A DNA stretch of 47,051 bases from Kiritimatiellia bacterium (GTDB lineage: Bacteria > Verrucomicrobiota > Kiritimatiellia > RFP12 > UBA1067). The notes below the pieces were generated by a model. That model saw nothing but the letters and a program-made list of their open reading frames with translations. It was not told where the DNA came from and did not search any database. This document shows positions 8,499-16,565 of the stretch, piece after piece. Numbering within the stretch: position 1 is the stretch's first letter; each line of letters starts with the position of its first letter. The DNA lies in NCBI GenBank assembly GCA_017650345.1, contig JAGCFB010000045.1, forward strand, positions 1-47,051. The letters run 5' to 3'. A program made the translations under genes and the position numbers.

Positions 8499-9409
8499 AG
8501 AAGGTCTTCATAGACGGCTCCGCCGGCACGACCGGTCTCAGGATCCGCGAGCGTCTAGAGACGCGCGCGGACCTTGAGCTTGTGGTGCTGTCCGAAGAGC
8601 TCCGCAAGGACCCATCCGCGCGGCGCGACGCGCTCAACGCGTCCGACGTCTCCTTCCTCTGCCTTCCCGACGCCGCCGCGGTCGAGGCGGTCGCCATGGT
8701 CGAGAACCCGGCGACGGTGGTCATCGACACATCGACGGCGCACAGGACGCTTGAAGGCTGGGAATACGGATTCCCGGAGCTTGCCGGACGCCGCGCGCGC
8801 ATCGCGTCCGCCCGCCGCATCGCCAACCCCGGCTGCCACGCGAGCGGATTCGTCGCCCTCGTCGAGCCGCTCGTTCGCGCGGGCATCCTCCCTCGCGACG
8901 CGCGCCTCTGCGCGTTTTCGCTGACAGGATACTCCGGCGGCGGAAAGAAGATGATCGCCGACTATGACGAGAAGCGCGAGAGCTACCTTGGCGGACGCCA
9001 GTACGCGCTCGGTCAGACGCACAAGCATCTTCCGGAGATGGCGAAGGTGTGCGGACTCGCCAATCCCCCCGTCTTTTCGCCCGTCGTCGTCCCGCACTAC
9101 AGCGGCATGGAGGTCACGGTGCAGCTCCACGGAGCGGACATCGCGGCGATCGCTGACTGCTATCGCGCCGCATACGACGGAGAAAGGCTTGTGCGGTTCG
9201 TCGAGGATCCGTCCGCAGGCGGCTTCCTCTCGTCCACGGACCTCTCAGGCCGCGACGGAATGGAGATATCGGTCCATGGCGACCCGGCGAGCGGACGCGC
9301 CATACTCGTCTCGCGATTCGACAATCTCGGAAAGGGCGCATCGGGCGCCGCAATCCAGAACATGAACATAGCAATCGGCTGCGACGAACTGTCCGGACTG
9401 GTCGCCTGA
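8495..9409 (+). CDS. argC: N-acetyl-gamma-glutamyl-phosphate reductase (short/type-2 ArgC)
   Basis: MKKVFIDGSAGTTGLRIRERL (NAD-binding N-terminus), active-site NPGCHASG, and C-terminal DNLGKGASGAAIQNMN. ATGA start/stop overlap with the kinase gene. Confidence 0.85.
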   Translation: MKKVFIDGSAGTTGLRIRERLETRADLELVVLSEELRKDPSARRDALNASDVSFLCLPDAAAVEAVAMVENPATVVIDTSTAHRTLEGWEYGFPELAGRRARIASARRIANPGCHASGFVALVEPLVRAGILPRDARLCAFSLTGYSGGGKKMIADYDEKRESYLGGRQYALGQTHKHLPEMAKVCGLANPPVFSPVVVPHYSGMEVTVQLHGADIAAIADCYRAAYDGERLVRFVEDPSAGGFLSSTDLSGRDGMEISVHGDPASGRAILVSRFDNLGKGASGAAIQNMNIAIGCDELSGLVA

Positions 9410-9440
9410 CGTCCGCCGCCGCAAGAAAGGACTTGTCGCA

Positions 9441-10379
9441 ATGACAGCAAAATCAAAGCTCTCAGTTTTCGTGGGCGTAGCCGTCCTCGTGGCGATCGCC
9501 GCGTTCGCCCTGATCATCCGCAACGCAATCGTGTCCGCCCCCCGATACGATGGCGACGAACCGGAGTCCGACGCCCAGACCCGGCGCATAGACGGCGCCG
9601 ACCCGTCCGCCCCCGCCGCGACGCAGACCGCCGAGGAGTCCGCGGCCGAGAAGCGCAAGCGCAGGAGGGAGCGCATCGCAAAGGCGAAGCCCATCGCCGA
9701 GTCCATCGACAGCCGCGACGATCTCACGTACGAGGAGAAGTCGATCCTCAAGTCCATAGAGGACGCCGTCGATACGGACAGCCTCGCCGCCCTCAGGAAG
9801 ATCCTTCCCGCCGCAGCAGCCTCATCGAACCCGGAAATCAGGTCCGAGCTCGTTGACGGACTCGGCTGGTTCGGCGACAAGGCCGTTCTCGACCTTCTGC
9901 CTTTCATGGCGGACAAGGACTCCGATGTCGCCGAATCCGCCATTTCTCACTGGACGTCCGCCGTCTCGGACGTCGGCGAAAAGCGCCGCGCGAAGCTCGT
10001 CGAGGAGACGATGAAGATCATCACGGACAAGGACACTCTCGAGGAGATTGTCGATCAGCTCGACGACCTTGACGACGTGCGCGCCATACAGGTCTGCATA
10101 AACCTCATCGACTCTGGCAACGAGAACGCGGCGGAAGTCGCGCGCGAACACTACGAGTTCGTGACTGGCGAGGAATACACGACGTTCGAGGCGGCCGAGG
10201 AGTGGCTCAAGGAGAACTACGTCAGCGACGACGATGACGATGCTCCTGCCGCCGCGGCAACCGAGACGACGGAGACGGCCGCCGCATCCGAACAGGCGGG
10301 ATCCTCCGAGGCTCCCGCGTCCGCCGAGTCCGCGGCCCCGGCCGCCCAGCCCGCCCCCGCCGCGGAAGTCTATTACTGA
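9441..10379 (+). CDS. membrane-anchored HEAT-repeat protein with acidic/Ala-rich tail
   Basis: N-terminal TM anchor (VFVGVAVLVAIAAFALII). HEAT/PBS-lyase-like repeats (NPEIRSELVDGLGWFGDKAVLDLLPFMADKDSDVAESAISHW). Low-complexity C-terminus. Confidence 0.55.
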   Translation: MTAKSKLSVFVGVAVLVAIAAFALIIRNAIVSAPRYDGDEPESDAQTRRIDGADPSAPAATQTAEESAAEKRKRRRERIAKAKPIAESIDSRDDLTYEEKSILKSIEDAVDTDSLAALRKILPAAAASSNPEIRSELVDGLGWFGDKAVLDLLPFMADKDSDVAESAISHWTSAVSDVGEKRRAKLVEETMKIITDKDTLEEIVDQLDDLDDVRAIQVCINLIDSGNENAAEVAREHYEFVTGEEYTTFEAAEEWLKENYVSDDDDDAPAAAATETTETAAASEQAGSSEAPASAESAAPAAQPAPAAEVYY

Positions 10380-11857
10380 TGTCCGACCCTTCGCCAGAGG
10401 TACGTCCCGTGCGCTTCGGCGGAATCCTGCGCGTCTTGGCGCTTGCCGCGGCGGACGCCCTGTGCGTAGCGGCGGCATGGTCGCTTTCCGTCTGCGGATA
10501 CTGGCTCCTTGGACGCGCCTTTGCGGCCTCCGGCGTGGCCACGACGATCGGCAGCTACGAAATCGCCCGCTACTTCGTTTTCTGGCCGGTGATTCTCGTG
10601 TTCATCGCCTTCAACGCGATATTCGACCTGTATCACGGCAACTGGACATGTCCGGCTGCCCCGCTCTCCCCGATCGAGGAGATGCGCAGGCTCTTCGGCT
10701 CGTCTGTCCTCACCCACGCCGGCGTCTTCACCTACCTCGTCCTCGCCTACCAGACCGCCCAGGGCGTCTCCCGCTTCGTCGTCGTTTCGTCCGGGCTCGT
10801 GGTCGCGTTCGCCGCCCAGTCGCTCCGCAACTGGGTCCGCGCCGCGATGATGCGGTACCGGATTGGGCTCATCCGCGTGGTGGTCTCCGGCGGCGGCGAT
10901 GTCGCCTCGCAGGTCGTCTCTGCCATTCGCGGCGACGCCTACACCGGCTTTTCCGTGGTCGGGTACTTCGGACCCGAGGAGGACGCGAACGCCATGTCCG
11001 CGCGCGGAGTTCCGCGCATCGGCGACATCCGCGACATCGTGCCCGTCTCCCGCAGCCTTGGTGTCAGGGTGCTGGTGGCATGCCAGGACGAGCGCCTCTT
11101 CCGCCGCCAGCTCGACGAGTTCGCCAGCTGGTTCACGCACGTGGAGTACCTGCCGAGCCTCCGTGCCTTCCCTGTTTACGGCGCGCGGGCGGTGAGCTTC
11201 GGCGGAATAGGCGGACTCGAGCTCATGAACGAGGGACGCATGGCGTCCAAGCGCTTCCAGAAGCGCGTCATGGACTCCGCGCTTGCGCTCGTCGCGTTCG
11301 TCGCATTTCTTCCGGCTTTCGTCATCATCCCGATCCTCATCAAGCTCACGAGCAGGGGGCCGGTCTTCTATCGCCACAGGCGCCTCGGAAGGGGCGGACG
11401 CGAGATCCGCATATGGAAGTTCCGCTCGATGTACGATGACGCCGACGAGCGTCTCAAGGAGCTCCTGGCGAACGACGAGAAAGCCGCGCGTGAATGGAAC
11501 GAGTCCTTCAAGCTCGCGAGGGATCCGCGCGTCACGCCGTTCGGGCGCTTCCTGCGCAAGACTTCCCTGGACGAGCTTCCGCAGATATTCAACATCTTCG
11601 CCGGAGAGATGGCGCTCATCGGACCCCGTCCGATAGTCGAAAAGGAAATCCCGTACTACGGCGACTCCTACGGCGTCTTCTCGTCCGTCCGCCCCGGCAT
11701 CACCGGACTCTGGCAGGTCTCGGGACGGAGCGACACCGGCTACGTCCGCCGCGTCGCGCTGGATACGTACTACGTCCTCAACTGGTCCCCGTGGATGGAC
11801 CTCTGGATCCTCGTCCGCACGGTTTACGCAGTCCTTTTCATGCGCGGCGCGTATTGA
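10379..11857 (+). CDS. exopolysaccharide priming polyprenyl glycosylphosphotransferase (WbaP/EpsB-type sugar transferase)
   Basis: N-terminal TM bundle plus central Rossmann-like region. C-terminal Bac_transf motifs GPVFYRHRRLGRGGREIRIWKFRSM, DELPQIFNIFAGEMALIGPRP, RPGITGLWQVSGR. TGATG overlap with the upstream gene. Confidence 0.85.
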   Translation: MSDPSPEVRPVRFGGILRVLALAAADALCVAAAWSLSVCGYWLLGRAFAASGVATTIGSYEIARYFVFWPVILVFIAFNAIFDLYHGNWTCPAAPLSPIEEMRRLFGSSVLTHAGVFTYLVLAYQTAQGVSRFVVVSSGLVVAFAAQSLRNWVRAAMMRYRIGLIRVVVSGGGDVASQVVSAIRGDAYTGFSVVGYFGPEEDANAMSARGVPRIGDIRDIVPVSRSLGVRVLVACQDERLFRRQLDEFASWFTHVEYLPSLRAFPVYGARAVSFGGIGGLELMNEGRMASKRFQKRVMDSALALVAFVAFLPAFVIIPILIKLTSRGPVFYRHRRLGRGGREIRIWKFRSMYDDADERLKELLANDEKAAREWNESFKLARDPRVTPFGRFLRKTSLDELPQIFNIFAGEMALIGPRPIVEKEIPYYGDSYGVFSSVRPGITGLWQVSGRSDTGYVRRVALDTYYVLNWSPWMDLWILVRTVYAVLFMRGAY

Positions 11858-11880
11858 CGCACGGACGCGGAACCTCGGAC

Positions 11881-12615
11881 TCAGCAGCGTCCGGAGAAGC
11901 GCAGCAGCGCCTCGAGGGTCGTCGCCGGATGCGGCGGACATCCCGGGATGAAAAGGGCGGGTGTCGCCGGGACGTTTCCGTGCTCGTAGAGTCCGCCGGA
12001 GATCGCGCACGCCCCCGCCGCTATCAGGAACTTCGGCTCCGGCGCGGCGGCCCACGTCTTGTCCAGGGCGAGCTGCATGTTCGGCGACACGGGCCCCGTG
12101 AGATAGATCGCGTCCGCATGGCGCGGCGAGGCGACGAAGCGGATCCCGAACCTGCCCATGTCCCATGCGAGCGTCCCCAGCACGTTTGCGTCAAGCTCGC
12201 ACGCGGCGCATCCGCCGGCGGACACCTCGCGCAGCGTGAGCGAGCGGCGCAGCGCCTTCGCGGCCGCGTCCGTCTGCTTCGGCGGCTCGTAGTCGAGGTC
12301 GCCCGCGCGGACGATGAGGTCCGTGCGCCTGAACACGCCGAGGCGGTACTCCTTTGTGAAGCGGATCTTGTCGCAGACCTCCGCGCAGCGTCCGCAGAAG
12401 ATGCAGCGCCCCATGTCCAGCTTCGCGCCCTCGAAGTCGCAGTAGAGCGCGTTCTTGACCGGACATGCGGACTGCGCGCGCTCGAATTCCTCTGGCGAGA
12501 TGTCGTCGTCGATCTGCGGACGCCCTCGGAAGTCCGGCGGCAGGCTTGGCGCGGCCGGCGGGAACTTCCCCGTCCTGAATCCCTGTTTGAACCTTGCGAT
12601 GAGAGCCTTTAGCAT
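11881..12615 (-). CDS. ferredoxin-fused NuoB/HycG-like small subunit (20 kDa family)
   Basis: N-terminal 4Fe-4S motif CIFCGRCAEVCD. NuoB-type cluster ligands GGCAACELD, AAGACAISGG and IPGCPPHP, plus SPRHADAIYLTGPV. Confidence 0.8.
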   Translation of the reverse strand: MLKALIARFKQGFRTGKFPPAAPSLPPDFRGRPQIDDDISPEEFERAQSACPVKNALYCDFEGAKLDMGRCIFCGRCAEVCDKIRFTKEYRLGVFRRTDLIVRAGDLDYEPPKQTDAAAKALRRSLTLREVSAGGCAACELDANVLGTLAWDMGRFGIRFVASPRHADAIYLTGPVSPNMQLALDKTWAAAPEPKFLIAAGACAISGGLYEHGNVPATPALFIPGCPPHPATTLEALLRFSGRC

Positions 12616-12619
12616 ATGG

Positions 12620-13747
12620 TCACCTGTCCGTTCCGCAGTATGAGAGGTTGAAGGACTTGTTGCAGATGGGGAAGTTGGATATCTGCTCGCCGCGAAGCGC
12701 CCATGCGAGACCCGGCCAGTTGCGCGCCGAGGGGTCTATGATGCGGTAGGCGACCATCTTGCGGGCGTCGTCGAAAAGCGCGGCGTGGACGAGCGGTCCG
12801 CGCCATGCCGCGACTGTGGATGCGACGACGGAGAAGGGACCTTCGCCGGACGGCTCCGCCGCCTGCGTGCGCTCCGGCGCCTCGCCTGCGAGCAGCGCCG
12901 CGATGCGTCCGTGCGCCTCCTCTATCTCCATGCGGCGCACCTGCGCGCGCGACAGGACGTCGCCGTTCAGCTCGACGCTCGCGCGGCGCGCTACGCCGAC
13001 GAGCCCGATCCGCTCCGCCACGTCCCTCGGAACCGTTCCCGTGTGCTCCAGGCGCTCAAGGACGGTCGGCTCCTCGAACATCAGTCCGAGCGCGCCGTCG
13101 AGGTCCCTCTTCGCGTCGCGGATACGCCTTGCGAGCTCGTCGCGCTTCGCGGCGTCCAGCGTGACGCGCGCGCCGCCGGGGATCACGGCGTTGCGTCCGA
13201 ACCTGTTTCCGCAGAGGAGCGCCGTCATGTTGAGGTACTCGCCGCGGATGCGTCCGCAGAACGACGCCGTCGGCAGGAACGCCACGTCGCCCGCGAGCGC
13301 GCCGAGGTCGCCGACGTGGTTGGCGACGCGCTCGAGCTCCAGGAGGAGCGAGCGGACCGCCAAGGCGGCCGCGCCGGGCGCGGAGCCGTTGCGCCGCTCG
13401 AGTATCTCCGAGATGCAGGTCGCGGCCGCGACGGACGTGTCGCCGGCGCAGGTCTCTGCGAGCGCGACCTGGCGCGCGACGTTGCCGTCCGCCGCCACGA
13501 TGCGCTCCTCGACGCCGCGCCTCTGGTATCCGAGGAAGATCTGGAGGTTGTAAACGTCCTCGCCCATGCACTGGAAGCGGAAGTGTCCCGGCTCGATCAC
13601 GCCGGCATGGACGGGTCCGACCGCCACCTCGTGCGCGGCGTCGCCCTTGAGCGGCGCGACGGACGCGGGGTCGGCGTAGTGGCGGAATGTCCGCTCCATG
13701 TATTCGCGCGCGGCGTCCGCGCCGGGGAAAAGCCTTGTCTCGGTCAC
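12620..13747 (-). CDS. NuoD / group-4 hydrogenase large-subunit-like protein lacking canonical NiFe ligands
   Basis: GPVHAGVIEPGHFRFQCMGEDVYNLQIFLGYQRRGVE is the NuoD/HycE/EchE signature. The L1 position reads AETCAGDTS and the C-terminus reads FNLSYCGTDR instead of DPCxxCxxR. A GTG start overlaps the upstream stop (GTGA). An alternative ATG lies 16 codons in. Confidence 0.75.
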   Translation of the reverse strand: MTETRLFPGADAAREYMERTFRHYADPASVAPLKGDAAHEVAVGPVHAGVIEPGHFRFQCMGEDVYNLQIFLGYQRRGVEERIVAADGNVARQVALAETCAGDTSVAAATCISEILERRNGSAPGAAALAVRSLLLELERVANHVGDLGALAGDVAFLPTASFCGRIRGEYLNMTALLCGNRFGRNAVIPGGARVTLDAAKRDELARRIRDAKRDLDGALGLMFEEPTVLERLEHTGTVPRDVAERIGLVGVARRASVELNGDVLSRAQVRRMEIEEAHGRIAALLAGEAPERTQAAEPSGEGPFSVVASTVAAWRGPLVHAALFDDARKMVAYRIIDPSARNWPGLAWALRGEQISNFPICNKSFNLSYCGTDR

Positions 13748-14970
13748 AGCGCGCCTCCTTTCGCGATCATGGACTTTACGATCGCCGCCGTGGCGAACGC
13801 GCCGCCGCCGACGAGCGCGCCAAGGAGCATGGACGGGACGGCGGCGAGCCTGCGCGGAAGCGGAAGGGGCCTCGCGGCGGGACGTCCCATGGACATCGTG
13901 AGCGCGGCGCGGGTCATGGCGGCGAAGACGATGAAGAGGAGTACGAGCAGGGTCGCGGCGATCCAGGGGGCGGACGAGAAGACGAGCCCCAGCTCGGTGA
14001 GGAAGAGCGGCGACGGCGGCATTCCGCAGATGAGCACCACGAGGACCGTCCACAGCGCGGCCTCGCGGCGCATCGTGGTGCCGAGCCCCTGCACGGCGGC
14101 GATCGCGCGCGTCCCGAAGGCGAGCAGGAGGTTGCCGGCCGTGTGGAAGAGCGCGGTCTTGGCGAGGGAGTGCGAGACGATGTGCGCCAGGAGCGCGGTC
14201 TCGAGGAGCGCCTGGTGATCCCTGAAGATTCCGCTGCAGGCGAAGATGAGCGCGATGATGCCCATGTGCTCGACGGACGAGTAGGCGAGGAGGCGCTTGT
14301 AGTCCGTCTGCCTCACCATGAACGCCGCGGCGACGGCGACGGAGAGGAGTCCGAGCGCGGCGGTCGCCCAGTCGCAGAACGCGGCGGCGTCCGGCGGGAT
14401 GGCGGCGCGGACGCGCACGATCGCGAAGAAGGAGCAGTTGAGGAGCGCGCCGGAGAGGAGCGCGGAGACGGGCGCCGGGGCCTCGGAGTGGGCGTCCGGC
14501 AGCCACGTGTGGAAGGGCGCGAGGCCCATCTTTGTGCCGTATCCCGCCAGGACGAACGCGAAGCCTGCCTTGTGCCAGGTCGCGTTGCCGGTCGTGGTCG
14601 CGTGCATGACGAGCATGGTGCCGAAGAGGGCGAGTCCGATGCCGATGGAGCAGATGAGGAGGTACTTCCACATCGCCTCAAGCGACTCGCGCGAGCGGCG
14701 GTAGGCGATGAGCGGCGCGGAGACGAGCGTGGTCAGCTCCACGGCGACCCACATGAGGGTGAGGGAGGGTGCGAGGATCGCGAAGAGCATCGCCCCGAAG
14801 AAGGCGAACATGCAGGCGTAGAAGCGCCAGTGGCGCATGTGGTCGCCGGGCTCGCGCTCGTCCGCGACGGGAAGGTACATGATGCTCTGCGCGAGGTTCG
14901 CCGCGAAGAGGGCGGACGTCAGGACGAGCAGGGTCCGCTGGAGGATGTCCGTGCTTGCCAGGACGTTCAT
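13744..14970 (-). CDS. antiporter-like proton-conducting membrane subunit (NuoL/M/N, HyfB/F family)
   Basis: GYGTKMGLAPFHTWLPDAHSEAPAPVSALLSGALLNCSFFAIVR is the Proton_antipo_M core. About 12 TM segments. ATGA overlap with the upstream gene. Confidence 0.8.
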   Translation of the reverse strand: MNVLASTDILQRTLLVLTSALFAANLAQSIMYLPVADEREPGDHMRHWRFYACMFAFFGAMLFAILAPSLTLMWVAVELTTLVSAPLIAYRRSRESLEAMWKYLLICSIGIGLALFGTMLVMHATTTGNATWHKAGFAFVLAGYGTKMGLAPFHTWLPDAHSEAPAPVSALLSGALLNCSFFAIVRVRAAIPPDAAAFCDWATAALGLLSVAVAAAFMVRQTDYKRLLAYSSVEHMGIIALIFACSGIFRDHQALLETALLAHIVSHSLAKTALFHTAGNLLLAFGTRAIAAVQGLGTTMRREAALWTVLVVLICGMPPSPLFLTELGLVFSSAPWIAATLLVLLFIVFAAMTRAALTMSMGRPAARPLPLPRRLAAVPSMLLGALVGGGAFATAAIVKSMIAKGGAL

Positions 14971-15659
14971 CGGGACACCGCCTTTCCGCGCGAGTGCATG
15001 AGGTGGGTGTCGCCGAGGCGGTTGAGGCGGTCCGTGTCGATGGACGAGAAGGTGCGGCTGATCTGGTGGATGGCGATTCCGAGGACGAACACGAGGACGA
15101 AGACGTCGAGGAGGATTCCGAGCTCGACGACGAGTCCGTACTCAAGCAGTATCCCGGACCCGAACACGGCGATTCCGTTCTCGAAGGCGAGGAATCCGAG
15201 GACCTGGGTGATCGCCTTGCGGCGCGAGCAGATGATGAAGAGGCCCGTTCCCATGGTGGCGAAGGCGACGGGGATGGCGAGTTCGCTTGCTACGGCCTCC
15301 TGGATGTGCATCGCCTTGCCGATCGCGAAGCTGGCCGTCGCGATGAGGAACGCGATCAGCTGGGACGCGCGGAAGCCCACCATAGGCTCCAGCTCGAAGG
15401 CGGTATTCGCCTTTTTTGCGGCGAATTCGAGCAGATACGGCAGGGCGACGCCCTTGACGGCGGCGTTAACGGCGGCGACGGCCCAGACGCGCACGCCGGG
15501 CGCGCCGTCCGCCCAGTTCCAGAGGAGGAGCGGGAGGAGTCCCACCATCCATCCCTGCGCCGCGACGAGGCGGATCGCCTGCCTGAGGCGGCCTGTCCCG
15601 GCAAGGGCTATGTCGGTCAGCAGGAAGACCGCGAGCAGAATCTCGGATGCGGAAGTCAT
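14967..15659 (-). CDS. HyfE-like (NuoK-related) hydrogenase-4 membrane component E family protein
   Basis: 230 aa, about 7 TM. VLGFLAFENGIAVFG...GLVVELGILLDVFVLVFVLGI resembles HyfE/NuoK. Start placed at MTSASEILL (ATG at 15659), downstream of a TGGTATAAT promoter. Confidence 0.65.
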   Translation of the reverse strand: MTSASEILLAVFLLTDIALAGTGRLRQAIRLVAAQGWMVGLLPLLLWNWADGAPGVRVWAVAAVNAAVKGVALPYLLEFAAKKANTAFELEPMVGFRASQLIAFLIATASFAIGKAMHIQEAVASELAIPVAFATMGTGLFIICSRRKAITQVLGFLAFENGIAVFGSGILLEYGLVVELGILLDVFVLVFVLGIAIHQISRTFSSIDTDRLNRLGDTHLMHSRGKAVSR

Positions 15660-15702
15660 TTGAAGGGTCCGTTGTTCTTGAAAGGCTGTTTCACAGGCGC
15701 AT

Positions 15703-15711
15703 ATTATACCA
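15703..15711 (-). promoter_or_regulatory. extended -10 promoter TGGTATAAT for the 4-gene membrane complex operon
   Basis: The reverse complement of ATTATACCA at 15703-15711 is TGGTATAAT. It lies about 44 nt upstream of the ATG at 15659. Confidence 0.55.
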
Positions 15712-15786
15712 TATTCCGGCGTCCCGATGCGCCGAGATGCCTTGTACGAACGATTTGCGGGAGTTGCGGCATGGAGGCGAATAATC

Positions 15787-15795
15787 TGGTATAAT
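15787..15795 (+). promoter_or_regulatory. extended -10 promoter TGGTATAAT for proB (near-leaderless)
   Basis: TGGTATAAT at 15787-15795 and ATG at 15806, 11 nt after the hexamer. No SD is possible. It is divergent from the 15703 promoter. Confidence 0.55.
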
Positions 15796-15805
15796 AGTGT
15801 CAACC

Positions 15806-16564
15806 ATGAAAATCGTCGTAAAAGTCGGTACGCATGCAATAGCGAAGAAAACCGGACGCCCCGACTACAGGGCGCTAACGCGTCTCGTCGCCCAGCTGAG
15901 CGAGCTCAGGAAGTCGGGCTGCGAGGTCGTCTTCGTCTCCTCCGGCGCGGTCGCCGCCGGCGTGGAGGCGCTCGGGCTCTCCGCGCGCCCATCGGACGTC
16001 AACGAGGTGCAGATGTGCGCCGCCGTCGGGCAGGCCCGCTTCATCTACGAGTACGAGAAGCTCTTCGCGGCGCACGGCGTCAAGATCGGCCAGATACTCC
16101 TCACGCACTACGACTTCGAGGAGCGCCGCCGCGCGCAGAACGTAAAGAAGGCTCTCGACCGCCTCGTGCAGTCCGGCATCGTCCCGATAGTCAACGAGAA
16201 CGACGTGGTCGCTGACGAGGAGCTGAAGGGCCGCACCTTCGGCGACAACGACTGGCTCAGCTTCCTCATCGCGAAGCTCGTCAAGGCGGACGCGCTCATC
16301 CTCCTCACTACGGTGGACGGTCTCCTCGACGCGAAGGGCCGCCGCATCCCCGAGGTCGCATCTTTCCGCAGCGTGGCGAAGCTCGTGCGCGCCGGCGAGA
16401 AGGGCAGGCTCTCGAAGGGCGGCATGGACTCCAAGCTCAAGGCCGTCAAGGCGGCCGTCGCGAGCGGCATCGACGTGTACATAGCGAACGGACGCAAGAG
16501 CGTCCTCGGACCCCTCCTCGCCGGACGCAGCGCAGGAACGTTCTTCCCCGGCAGCGCCCTCTGA
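15806..16564 (+). CDS. proB: glutamate 5-kinase (short form, no PUA domain)
   Basis: MKIVVKVGTHAI..., VVFVSSGAVAAG, IVPIVNENDVVA, and GGMDSKLKAVKAAVASGIDVYIANG. These are amino-acid kinase family motifs arranged as in ProB. Confidence 0.85.
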   Translation: MKIVVKVGTHAIAKKTGRPDYRALTRLVAQLSELRKSGCEVVFVSSGAVAAGVEALGLSARPSDVNEVQMCAAVGQARFIYEYEKLFAAHGVKIGQILLTHYDFEERRRAQNVKKALDRLVQSGIVPIVNENDVVADEELKGRTFGDNDWLSFLIAKLVKADALILLTTVDGLLDAKGRRIPEVASFRSVAKLVRAGEKGRLSKGGMDSKLKAVKAAVASGIDVYIANGRKSVLGPLLAGRSAGTFFPGSAL

Positions 16565-16565
16565 C

